Below are positions 13,603 to 25,480 of a DNA stretch of 64,000 nt, one piece after another. The notes below the pieces were generated by a model. That model searched no databases. It saw only the letters and a list, made by a program, of their open reading frames with translations, and was not told the origin of the DNA. Both the position numbers and the translations under genes were made by a program. Every line of letters starts with the position of its first letter. The stretch's first letter is position 1. Origin of the DNA: Eledone cirrhosa (taxonomy: Eukaryota); NCBI GenBank assembly GCA_964016885.1, contig OZ024740.1:91822001-91886000 (forward strand), in the 5' to 3' direction.

Positions 13603-14044
13603 CGCAATACATACATCCACATGCACACACATACACACATACACACACATATACACATACATACACCCACACACAGAGAAATGGCCTCCAAATATATATA
13701 TATACATACATACACATATATTGTTTCCATAATATAAGAAGTTAGGGCAGTGAAATTAAAATACAAGTCATTCTGATCACATTGAGTTCTTCATGTAGAT
13801 TGGGCCCCGCAACCGACAGTGGTGAATTCTGTGTGCGCATATATATATAGATATATGTGTGTGCACGTGCAGGGTTTAACATGGATGTGTTGGTCCCACA
13901 AAGGCATGGTCTGTCAACGAATAAACCTGATTCTACAGAATTGGTCTCTGGTTTTTAATAGTAGTGATAATTATATACATGCACACATACAAACACATAT
14001 ATCTGTCACTCTGTGCGTATGTGTGTTTATATTTTATGACAATT

Positions 14045-16324
14045 CTATTGGGGTGATAACCCGTTTAGTTTTGGTTTAAATTTGTTAAGGAATATATTTT
14101 CTTTGTTTATTCTTTGTTGCTGTGTGAACGAATCTGAGCACTTGTAGAAGGGGAAGATTTTAAAGTTGGGTAGTGTCATTCCTGCGCAGTTCGCAATATG
14201 GCTGCTCAAGGGGATTTTTCTTGTGCTAGCGTCACGGATTTGTTGGCGGTGGATGGTCATTCTTTTGCGTAATGAGGTGCCCGTCTGTCCTGTGTAGTTG
14301 TGTTTGCACCCACCGCAAGTTATTGCGTAAATCAAGTTCTCCGAGTTGCAGGTGAATTTGTTTTTTACTGTAAATGTTTGGCCATCTTTAAATGTAAATT
14401 GTTGTCCTTCAGTGAGGTAGAGGCACGTTCCACAGTTTGTTCTACCACATTTGGTAACTGTAGGGTTGAGGATTGGTTTGGTTATATTTGGTCCAGTGAG
14501 AATGCGTTTTAGTGATTTGGGTTGTCTTTTACTTTTAAGGATCTTGTGTGTTTCAAGAATAAACTTCATTTTTACATCTTTAAGTAGGATGGGGAGGTTT
14601 TTGTGTAGGTGATCAAACATTTCGGTATTTCTGGGGTTGAAAGTGGATACATATGGCAGGGTGTTGAGTGTGGTTTTCTGTTTTGGATTGTTAAGTTGAT
14701 GGGGATTTAGGTGTTTTGCCCTGTCTATTCCATTGTTGATTATTTCAAGTGGAAAGGCTTTTAAGATAAGGGTGTCTTTTAGTTCCTTTAGTCTTTGCTC
14801 CCGTTTAGGTGGATCTGATACTATGGTACATATACGTTTGGCCAAATTGTAAGGAGTGTTAAGTTTTGTATGTTTTGGGTGACTTGATGTGAAAAAGAGG
14901 TATTGCTTGGAATCTGTGGGTTTATAGAATATATCTGTATCTAATTTCCCGTCTATTACAGAGATGAGAATATCCAAGAAGGCTAATTCCTTGGGATTGG
15001 ATTCCATTGTGAATTGTATGTTATTATCTATGTTGTTTATCATGTTTTTAAACATAGTAAGTGAGTTCATGTCTTCTTGCCATAGGATAAAGCAGTCGTC
15101 TAGATATCTTTTCCAATTGGCTTTGAGGTGTGTGTGGAAAGAGTCTCCAAATAAGAGAAGGGACTGACTGTATATTTGTTGTTCATGGAATCCCATGACT
15201 AGGTTGGCATATGTGGGTGCTACTTTCGTGCCCATTGCCGTACCTGATACTTGTCTGTATGTAGAACCATTGAATGTGAAGTAGTTATTTTGTAGGATAA
15301 AGCGGAGTCCGTCAGTGATAAAATATTTGTTGATGCGTGTCGGTATTTCTGATGGGTGTGTGTTAAGCCAGTATTGGACTGCTGTTATTCCATAGTTGTG
15401 GGGTATGTTTGTGTAGAGGTTTATTACGTCAAAGGAGACAAGAATTGTATTTGCACTTACTGTTTTAGGGAGGTGTCTCAGCATGTCAATGTCATCTCGT
15501 ATGTAGCTCTGTATATGTTGTAGAAAGGGTTTCAGTAGGATGTCCAGAAAGTTGCTAAGTCTGTGGGTTTCACATGTAGGGCCTGCTATAATTGGCCTGA
15601 GTTTTAGGTCTTCTGGTGGTGTTAGTTCAATGTAATTGTTGGTTGAGGTGTCACATGCATCGTTTATGGGTTTACATTTGTGGAGTTTCGGTAAGCCGTA
15701 AAAAGAGCTTGTATTGCATTTGAAGTGGCTTATATAGTTAAACTCTTTTGTGGTTAAGCTGTTGCGGTATTTATTCAGTAAGGTCAAAAGGTGCCCCATT
15801 GTTTTGGTGTGTTTGTAGTGTTCTGTGTTTTCATAGTATGTGTTCTTTTCGAAAATGTTAAGTGCGAGGGTCCTATAGTAGTCCGTATTCATAATGACAA
15901 CAGTACTGCCTTTATCGGCTTCTTTGATAGTTATCTCAGGGTTGTTTCTAAGTGTGAATAATTCTTCCCATTCGTGTGTAGATAGGTTTGATTTCGTGTG
16001 TTTATTTGTAATTTTTTCATAGGGAAATTTGGTGATGTGTTCGCAGCACGTGTCCAGTGCTTTATTTCTTCCCTTTTGTGGACAGAAATTGCTTTTATTT
16101 CTAACCAGTGATTCGTCTTCAGTGTTGGTGGCGTTGTGGAAGAATTCCTTTAGTCGCAGCTTTCGGCAGTATTCCATGATGTCATCCTTCATTTCGGGGA
16201 AGTTTGGTTTACGTGGTGTAGGTGTAAATTTCAGGCCCTTACTTAAAATGTTGATTTGTGTGTTGGTTAGAGGTGTCTGTGAAAGGTTGATTATTTTTGG
16301 TTTCTCCTGAGGGGGGGGGGGCAT
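14045..16324 (-). CDS. PLE reverse transcriptase / GIY-YIG endonuclease (5'-truncated, uninterrupted)
   Basis: INLS..LSKGLKF, ADKG, FYGLPKLHK, RPII, SFDVINLYTNI, Q..GTAMGT, RYLDD, FLD, Cys-rich linker CGRTNCGTC, LIY..C..C..YTGQT..R..H. Confidence 0.92.
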   Translation of the reverse strand: MPPPPQEKPKIINLSQTPLTNTQINILSKGLKFTPTPRKPNFPEMKDDIMEYCRKLRLKEFFHNATNTEDESLVRNKSNFCPQKGRNKALDTCCEHITKFPYEKITNKHTKSNLSTHEWEELFTLRNNPEITIKEADKGSTVVIMNTDYYRTLALNIFEKNTYYENTEHYKHTKTMGHLLTLLNKYRNSLTTKEFNYISHFKCNTSSFYGLPKLHKCKPINDACDTSTNNYIELTPPEDLKLRPIIAGPTCETHRLSNFLDILLKPFLQHIQSYIRDDIDMLRHLPKTVSANTILVSFDVINLYTNIPHNYGITAVQYWLNTHPSEIPTRINKYFITDGLRFILQNNYFTFNGSTYRQVSGTAMGTKVAPTYANLVMGFHEQQIYSQSLLLFGDSFHTHLKANWKRYLDDCFILWQEDMNSLTMFKNMINNIDNNIQFTMESNPKELAFLDILISVIDGKLDTDIFYKPTDSKQYLFFTSSHPKHTKLNTPYNLAKRICTIVSDPPKREQRLKELKDTLILKAFPLEIINNGIDRAKHLNPHQLNNPKQKTTLNTLPYVSTFNPRNTEMFDHLHKNLPILLKDVKMKFILETHKILKSKRQPKSLKRILTGPNITKPILNPTVTKCGRTNCGTCLYLTEGQQFTFKDGQTFTVKNKFTCNSENLIYAITCGGCKHNYTGQTGTSLRKRMTIHRQQIRDASTRKIPLSSHIANCAGMTLPNFKIFPFYKCSDSFTQQQRINKENIFLNKFKPKLNGLSPQ

Positions 16325-16418
16325 TGTGTGTGTGTGTGTGTATATGTGTGTGTATGTGTATATATGTGTGTGTGTGTGTATGTATGTGTGTATCTGGATG
16401 TACGTGTATGCATACATA

Positions 16419-16449
<31 letters not shown>

Positions 16450-16522
16450 GTGTGTGTATGTGCATATACGTGTGTGTGTATGTGTGTATGTATGTGTATA
16501 TGTGTGTGTGTATGTATGTGTG

Positions 16523-16583
<61 letters not shown>

Positions 16584-17077
16584 GTATATGTATGTATGTG
16601 TGGATGAAGGTATGTGTGTATATATAGGTGTAAGTGCACTAAATCCCTTTCTATCAATCTCCCCTCTCCTACCGAGCACAGGAAGATATATGTATGTATA
16701 TTGCTTCCACACCTTCATTGACCAGCAGCTGGCCATCTGGCCATTGCTAAATTTGACCTTTATAAAATAACCCACACCCCCAAATAACTTGTCATTCACT
16801 ACCAGAAGCAGTCAACGAGCTGCTGCCAAGACGAAAACTACTATGAAATCCCACAATGAATTTTATACTTGAATTTTCAAATCTCAAATTTTAAATATTC
16901 TTATTATTAATTTCTCTTAATATTAATCAACATTTGAAAAGATGGCTTTTGCAGACCAATCGAATCCGGTCATTTTTTATACCCTTTATTATTTCCTTAC
17001 CTTATAAAATTATATGTTTTTTCACGAAAAAGTATTCTGTCTCTTATATATTCCATGTGCCATTACCAACCTCAATT

Positions 17078-17136
<59 letters not shown>

Positions 17137-17138
17137 TC

Positions 17139-17222
<84 letters not shown>

Positions 17223-17225
<3 letters not shown>

Positions 17226-17424
17226 CGAAGTAATTGTGGTAAGGAACCAGATGGACCATAACACACCAAAGTACTCAATACTTAGGGTAGCAGAGAGGGT
17301 AATAGGAACAATAGGAACAAGTATGACCCCGACGGCAGAGATGAAGCCGTTGCGACGGTTAATTCTGGACCCAGAATTAGCCGTCGAAACGGCTTGAAAT
17401 CTGCCGTCGGGGTCATACTTGTTC
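17223..17424 (-). mobile_element. Fold-back element family D, copy 1
   Basis: Arms 17315-17368 / 17371-17424 with a ~90-nt tail on the left; homologous to 19338-19530 and 40235-40457. Confidence 0.85.
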
Positions 17425-17799
17425 ATATATATATATGAATTAATATATATTGGGAGAAAGAGAGAGAGAGACAGAGAGAGATGTGTATGTGCGAGTATAA
17501 TAAACTGACACAATAATCAGTATAAAATCCCGTAGTTACTGTTTAAACAGCCATCTTTATGGGTACGTGGAGAATGTTTTTCAACATGGTGTTCCACTTG
17601 CGGAAAATACCTTGTTAAATTTCAGAGAGGAAAGCTTAACACTTAACCATCAGTCAATTAATACATTCAAACATACACGCACACACACATACACACTTGC
17701 ACACATACGCACACCCATACCCGCACACGCATACACACACATACGTCTGTGTGTATACGTATACCCCCCCCCCCATACGATACCTTATATTATGATTAA

Positions 17800-18046
17800 T
17801 CATATCTATTTTTGAAGTTCTGGTTAACTTTATTTAGTTACCTACCAATCTATGCATGCTTACACACTTGTACAAATTATCTTCTGTGATCATTCTTGTT
17901 TATTTATATGTTAATCAATTTCTAGTTATTATGAAATTTTCGGACCTATTCGTTAGAATCTTAGACCTTATTTTGCGGGTGATATGGCGCATGAGTTTCT
18001 GGCATGACACCCATAATTTTGAGTATCTTAATTTTGGTTATAGATA
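17800..18046 (+). mobile_element. Repeat family C, single arm
   Basis: Homologous to the arms at 35604-36110, 38165-39270 and 40523-40925. Confidence 0.75.
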
Positions 18047-18084
18047 TAAATATATATATATATATACATATAATTCATTGTTTA

Positions 18085-18164
<80 letters not shown>

Positions 18165-19286
18165 GTATACATCTATGAGTGTATTCATAGTATGGCCTTT
18201 ATATGGATTAGATGTCAAAGGACTGAATGAACTCTCATTTTTTAAAACCGATTTATATGAAAGCAATTTCATTGATGTTACACACATTAAACTAAAACTT
18301 CAATCTTAATTATTGATGCAGCTCAATATATCCTTGAGGATTTGAAGATTCCAGAAAATTTGATTTCTTCCGACTATCTATTTAATATGTTTTTTTTTAT
18401 TTTTGTAAATCAAATTACAGCTCTTTAAAATATTCAATACGAAATTAAATGAATAGAGTTAATGTAACATGATATTAGATATAATGTGTTTGATATCTAT
18501 GTGAATCACTTTAATTAGAGATATTGACCATTGGTAATTAGACAAAATATGACTTGAATCGTACATTACAGGTAATATATCAGACATATATTTTCTTTAA
18601 TATTAGTCATATGGTCATTTAAAATAACATAAATGAATGCATTTCAATAAGATTTCCATGGTGTAATATTACTTCATTTATCAATATTTATAATGAAGAT
18701 CTCATCGGCTTATAGCAGCACACTCATGAGTAGTATAATTTATTATTTGGTAGTCCGATATATATATTATATCTGGAATAGTAGTTTAAGTAAGATAGTT
18801 ATCTGGTCAGAAAGCCAAGTACACCATAACATCCTCAAATAAAGCTAGTTATGGCAGTTGTTATACAATTTGTTCAGCCAGAGAAATGTTCGTTATACTG
18901 CTAAAGTGGTTAATTTCATATTATGTAAGAAGATTTTGACAATTAAGACATATCGTTCGTCGATATCATTAATAGACAAAACTTACTCTTGCAAATAAAT
19001 TTGTATATTTGCCTCGTCCAAATTTTAGCAACAGCCAAAGGTGATAGCACCTATTTCAAAATAAGTGAATGGCTTCTACGTTTGTACATATGTATAAAAT
19101 CATATCTTTGTTTATGAACACGTAAATGTATGCATGAGCATATTCAATCCTAAATACACAGAATCACATGTACAGACTCACAAATACGCACATAGACAAT
19201 ACTCACACACACACACACACACAAACGCAAACACACACACATTCGCATACACAACGGCACACATACATACACCCACATACACGCAC

Positions 19287-19330
<44 letters not shown>

Positions 19331-19337
19331 TTATATA

Positions 19338-19527
19338 TAGGAACGAGTAGGACCCCGACGGCTGAACTCAAGCCGTTTCGACGGCTAATTCAGTCCAGAA
19401 TTAGCCGTGGAAACGGCTTGAGCTCAGCCGTCGGGGTCCTACTCATTCCTATTACCCACTCTACTACCCTAAGTATTGAGTATTTGGTGCGTTATGGTCC
19501 ACCTGGTTCCTTACCACATTTCCTTCG

Positions 19528-19530
<3 letters not shown>
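19338..19530 (+). mobile_element. Fold-back element family D, copy 2
   Basis: Arms ~19338-19394 / 19397-19451, tail on the right, (TA)n flanks. Confidence 0.85.
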
Positions 19531-19565
<35 letters not shown>

Positions 19566-19566
<1 letters not shown>

Positions 19567-19643
19567 GTAATAATAATAATAATAATAATGGTTTCTACTT
19601 TAGGCACAAGGCCACCAATTACCCAGTGCATTACTGGTACTTT
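19566..19643 (-). mobile_element. (AAT)n plus SINE 3' terminal ~52 bp
   Basis: Near-identical to 29954-30023; truncated exactly at the Tx1 3' end. Confidence 0.75.
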
Positions 19644-22600
19644 TTCATTTATTGGTCACAAGAGCCGACATATAGGGTACAATACAAAAGACTAGGACAG
19701 TCGGCTTTTACAGAAAAATCGAGTAAACAATATCAATAACAATAAAAAAGTAACAATAACATTACAACAAGAACATATTCCTCAATATGCTGACCACCCA
19801 GGGTTCGCTCAGCAATCCTGAACGATCCGACGCTTCGAGAGCAGCCTGGAAGAGCACCCTCTCCTCCACAAATTTACCTACACACAGCCACATGACCAGA
19901 ATAGGCCCACTCACACTGGCCATTCTCGCCACATTCACGCACCCTTCAGCAATGTACTGGGGGGAAGCACCTCTCTCGCCACCCTCACCTGCTTTTGCAA
20001 GTGAAACTTGAAAACGTCGATGAGGGATTGGCTTAAGAGAAAAGTGTCTGTTTCAGTCCTTTCAACCTCGTCGACCATACAACCGCTTACGCTACTGCCA
20101 CCAGACAGAATAAAATTGCCTGCCCTTCCTGGCCAAAAGAAGGCGGTGGGTCGATATTCACTATGGACTCGGCCGATAGCCGGATCCGTTCTACACGCGA
20201 CAACAGCTGTTCAACATAACTCCACAAGTCAGTAATGCACGGACACTGGACGAGTGCGTGCAGAACGGTTTCGTCGCTCTGCGCGCATCTCGGGCAAGTC
20301 CGTCTGACAGCTCTTCTGTGCCTGTAGAGTTTATCTCGAACCCGCAATGACCCCCGGTAGCACTGCCAAGCGAGGGATTTTTTGGAAATTGTCCATCGTC
20401 CTCGGCTCGAAAGTCTTCCAGTACAGACTGGTTAGTTCGACTGCGTTGACTCCCAGAGCCTCTCCGAGTGCATCGTCGCACCTCCCCACGACTAATCATC
20501 TATAGAACTCGAGAGTGGCAGTTCCACTGACCGCATTGCCAGCCTGGTAGAGGGTATTGAGTGCCTGGCAACATTCCAGATGCCAGTCATCCAGTCTCGG
20601 AGTCTTCTTGACCCAGGATTGCAGCACAGTCAAAGAAACGAGCTACGGAAAGGCCCGTCTGACAAACGGCGACCACACCTATTCACCGTTTAGGCAGAAT
20701 ATCTGGAGATGCCGCAGCCTCACCGCGTGCCTGCGCATCATTAGCCACGGCATGCCCAGCCCTCCACGTAGATGGTGCTGGCAGGAGATGGACCGCCTCA
20801 CCGGCGGAACTTGACGCCTCCAAAATAATTTGAAGAGGAGCCGCTACAAGATGCCGAGGCGCGAACGGAGGCAAGGGACAACGGTCAGACGGTAATAGAT
20901 GACGGATGCGAAGTACGCGTACGCCACCTCCGCCCGAGCTTTCTGTGATAGCTTCATTCCAGCCCATTTCTGGGTGAGATGGGCTACCCTGCCCGTCACC
21001 TCGTCCCAATTTGTATCCACCTGGAGGACCCGAACCAAACCCCGAGCAACTTTACCGGTCCGTCCGTCCAGCGCCTAACGACAGGGTTGGACGGCATGGC
21101 CTTGCCTCTCCAGCTGCCGACTTTTCTGGGTTAAGTTTTTCTCCCGTCAACCTTTCATATTCCTCCAATAAGTTGCCGACCACCTCGATTTCTGAGGTGT
21201 CCGACACCATCACGGTGATGTCGTCCGCATAAACCGACACAGCATTTCCGCGTCCCGGTTCGAGCGGGATGCCCTGCAACAGCTCAAGCTTCCGCAGTAA
21301 AGGCTCGAGAGTCAATACGTTCATAAGCGAGGAGAGAGGGCACCATTGACGGACCGATCGGGAGACGTGAAACGGTTCCGAGAAGGGGCCATTAATTATG
21401 ACCATCGAGCAGGTGCCGCTGTTCATTGCAGCGATCCAGCTTCTGAAGACGGGCCGAAGCCAGCTGCCTTGAGGATATCTTCCAAGTACCGATGGTCGAC
21501 CCTATCGAATGTTTTCGATTGATCTCAATTGATCAGAGCCCCACCGTAGCGTGGTTTAAACCCTACCCTCTCTATGATGTATCGCATTAGGTGGAGGTTG
21601 TCGTGTATGGACCTGGTTGGGATTGCGCAAGCTTGCGCCTCCCCACCCAAATTCCCGACGATAAGCACCAACCTCTTCGCTAACACCCTGGCCAAAATCT
21701 TAAACACTGTGTTGGGCAGAGTTATGGGCCTGGAATTGTCTAATGTGTCCCTCTTGTTATCGTCTTTCCTTATCAGCTTCAATATTCCCGTTTTGCTGCC
21801 AGTTGCAGTAGAGGGTTTCGAGTTGATTGGAGAACAAGTCTGGCATATTTACGTAAAGCTCGTAGGGCAGACCATCCAAACCGGGTGACTTGCACCTCAT
21901 GCAGCCGACAAGGGCATCCTGAATCTCGGCTGAAGTAATTGGTTTTTCGCATCGCCCAGCGTCAGCCGTCGAGAGTTTCGGCAAGCCATCGAGGTAGGTA
22001 CTGAAGTCTGCCACCATCTCTGACCTGCAACTTCCCCCGAAAAACCGAGCAACATGTTGGCGAAAGGCCTCACACATCCGCTTGGAATTGCTCAGCTCGT
22101 GTCCGTCTCGGTCCGCCAAAGACCGAATCGTGGTTTTATTACCATGCTGCGCCTCTGCCATGCGGGCCCATCGAGCGGCTTTGGTTCCCTCGTTTCTCAG
22201 AGCACGGACCTTAGCTCTGACAATGCAACCTTCGTGTTTCGCATTGAAGAAATGGTCTAATGCCATTCTCGCTGCTAGCACGTCAGTCACAATGCCACTA
22301 CCAATAGCCTCGTCTAACTGATCTACCAACTCTCCCTCCTTTCTATATTTCTCTAACGCTACTTCTTTGCTAAGCTCTATCGACATTACTCTAATCTCCC
22401 TTTTGAGAGCCCCCTGCCATCTTTTGTTGACGTCTCCCCCTGTCAACTTTTCTTAACTAAATTGTTGACCTGGACCCTGTAAGCCTTACGTTCTGGAAAT
22501 GACATGTTTAGCTTCCAGTAACCAGGTCCTAATCTACGTGTCTTATCTAGGTCGACCATACAGATCACAAACTTGTTTTCTGAATATGCGACCGTTTCAA

Positions 22601-25463
22601 AACGTGGACAGCTTACACTATTTCTGTCTATTTTCCTAATGAATATCCTGTCTATATACGATCTAGATGACCCTATGCGGTTAGTCTACGTCCACACTGG
22701 CGCATTAGGGAAATCTAGTCGGTACCTGTCAGACAGTTGGAACTGGCTGATCAGGTTCTTGAGGCTTTTGTAACTCCCCGCTTCTATCGGATACTCCCAC
22801 ACAGACCCAGCGTGCGTCTAAGATACCGTTCCAGTCCCCCGCTAACAGTAAAGGGTGAGACGTACCCAAAAAGGCTTCCAGGCGTCTAAAGAAGTCATGC
22901 CATCCTGCCCCAGTAGGAGCATAGACGGCCACTAGTCTAAACGCAACATCTTCGTTATTGCTCACGTCCAGGACCACCAAATTCCCGTCCGGGTCACGGA
23001 GGATCGACCTTACCTCGAGATCCAGGTCTTTCCTAAACATCACTGCCACCGCTCCTCCCATTCCCAGCCGGCTAACAGATGCAAAGATCTGATAGTCGAC
23101 GAACATGGGGGCTAGTGCGTGCGTGACGGAAATCCTGGTCTCGCTGACAGATTACATCCATTTCTATAGACCCGAGGTGGTTGAGCAGGTGACCCTTCTT
23201 TCAAGACGATCCCAGGCCTCGAACATATAAACATCCTACTCTTAATGCGGCCATGTTGGCAGGTTAAAAAGATAGAGAGGAAGGGTCTATTACCCTCAGG
23301 TCTCTTGTGAAGGTCGGGTCGTACAACCTGCATAGTCGGTGGAGTTTCTTTTGGGAACCCCTTTAAAAGTCTTGAAGTTGGCTTTACGTTAGGGGTTCCC
23401 ACGCCCCGAAGAAAGCTGTTTCGTATTTCTTTGTGTAAATCGAGCGACATTCGCACCAGAACCTAATCTTTCGGCACGCGAAATGTACTCGATTTAAAAA
23501 TGTCCCCCTCTTTTTGTATATTTTCACTTCGTGCTACGAGGGCCATCAGTTCCTTGTTAGCCCTCCTGACGAGCACAAAGTTTTGTATGTTTTGTTGGTG
23601 TGATTTTATTTGTTTGCGTGGCTGTGGTGGTGATGGTTTTGGTGGTGTTGTTTCGGTTGTGTCTGTGTTTGTTGTGAGTGCGGTGTCTGTGGTTTCAGAT
23701 GTTTGTGTGCATAATTGTTCTTGCGTCTGTTTAGGTTGTTTGCGTTTGAGGGATTCTGGTGATGGTGATGGTGGTGTTGATGTTGGTGTTTACGGAGAGA
23801 TATTTGGGTGGGGGGTGTCTGCGTTTTTTATTGTGCGTGATTTTGTGCTTTGATGATTTTTTTTTTTTTTGTGTTTCCTTTTTTTTTATTTTGGCGGATT
23901 TTGGATTTCCCTCATCTTCACTACTGGTAGATGAGCGGTCTGTGTCTGTAAGTGTGTCTGTATGTATGGTTATGGTTTTATTGGTATGTGTATTTGTTTG
24001 GGGGGGGGGGGGGGAATTTGACAGCTTTCCTCGTTTATCCCCTGGGTGGTCAATGTTGGTGGTGGTCTTTCTATTGGTGTTGTTGTTGGTGGTTTTGCAG
24101 GTGCTGGTGTTGGTTGTGGTCCTCGCCCCGGCGTCGGCCGCAGTGAAGCCTTTCGACCCCTTGCCTCTTTCAGCAGCTGAGTGCAGAAGGCTCGCAAATG
24201 GGTTTTTTCCCCACAAACAAAACAATGTGGCCCTTTTACCTTCGGTCATAATGTGAATGACCGTCCCATTCTGAGGGCGGATGTGGTCCGGGATTGTCTT
24301 CCCATTCTCGGGCCTGATCTGGAGAAGGATCTCCAGGTCAACACCGGACGAGTCCTCTCTGGCCATTCTGGTCACTTCTATAGGGACTGTATCCGTCACC
24401 TCCACAATCACACATCCCAGAAGCCACCACATGTCAAGTCCTGTTGGTATTCTGGGAATGCGGGGATGGGCCGTTCTTTTTCCCATGTGGGAGGGGTACA
24501 TTATGAAATTGCTGGTTTTGCAAGGAGTCATAGCGTGTTACATAGCGAGGGCTTCTGACTTAAACAACACCGAAATGGTGCCGTACTGTCTGCCCCTCTC
24601 TGTGTATTGGGTATCTTCTTTGATGCACCTCAACGCGACTTCGACATCTGCTTGTGTGATTAAAGCTGCCCTTTCGGTTTGTGCTGAGATGCATATATAA
24701 TGCACCGTTCTGCGCTCCACTGCCTCAATAGCTTCTACCGGGACAGTTAAGTTGGCCGAGATTTGCACGTGCTTGATGAGCTTCCATGCATGGGCCAACT
24801 TTTCATCTTTGTTTGATAGGTCCATGTTGAAGCATGCCCTCTTTTTTGCTGCTGCCGCAGCGAAAGTGTTCTTCTTGTTTTCGTTGGGGGTGTTGTTGTC
24901 GTTGTCGTTGTTCTTGTTGTTGTTCTTGCTATCACTGGCGCTGTTATCATTGTTGTCTTTGTCGTCACCGTTGTTCTCGGTGCAGTTGGTATTGTTGCTG
25001 TTGGTGTTGTCGCTACTTGTTTTCATGTTAGTGGTGTTGATATTGTTGTTGCATTTGTCATTTTTTTGTTATCTGTATTTTCGTTGTCGCTGTTACTGTC
25101 ATTCTTTTTTCAAAATTAGAGTTCTCATTGGTATCATTGGTGTTTTTGTTTACATTAGTGGTGGTGGTGTTTGTGTAATCCATTTTTGTTAATTTCGCTG
25201 TCGCGCTCTTCTCATCTTCTACGTCGTTGTCGCACGACAGCAGACATATCGCAGTGGGGTGTGACTCAGCCATGTTTTTTTTCCGTATATTTTTTTTTAA
25301 ATGTAAAAAAAGTTCAAATATTTGGGCCTAAAGACCCAAACATTATATTTTCCCCTTCACAGGGCAAAGTCTAAGGGCTTATATCCCTTACACAACAAAT
25401 CATTTTACCAGGCAAATAAGGCGACTTACTGGGAGCGAGAAAAATACGTCCGATTAGACACAC
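19641..25463 (-). mobile_element. Near full-length, decayed Tx1-clade LINE (Tx1-1)
   Basis: ORF1 remnants from 25273; ORF2 from 23254 with APE motifs (VYAP, GDWNG), KSPGLDG, RPITL, VYADD and CPRC..ETVLH..C zinc knuckle; many frameshifts. Confidence 0.92.
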
Positions 25464-25480
25464 AATAATAATAATAAATA

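Larger units (their letters stand above)
12670..17074 (-). mobile_element. Penelope-like element, Neptune-type, with inverted pseudo-LTR
   Basis: RT+GIY-YIG ORF; 12714-~13610 is inverted relative to 16322-17074; tail 12670-12713 at the 3' end only; microsatellite-rich 3' UTR; (TA)n and (CT)n flanks. Confidence 0.92.

Noticed and set aside
8196-13766. Many long YI/HT/CV-repeat ORFs (also at 16.3, 17-19, 36-37, 42 and 48 kb)
   Set aside because: They are translations of (TA)n/(CA)n microsatellites, which lack stop codons.
16325-16657. N-terminal ~110 aa of the 870-aa ORF
   Set aside because: It reads through the inverted microsatellite-rich arm and is not part of the native PLE protein.
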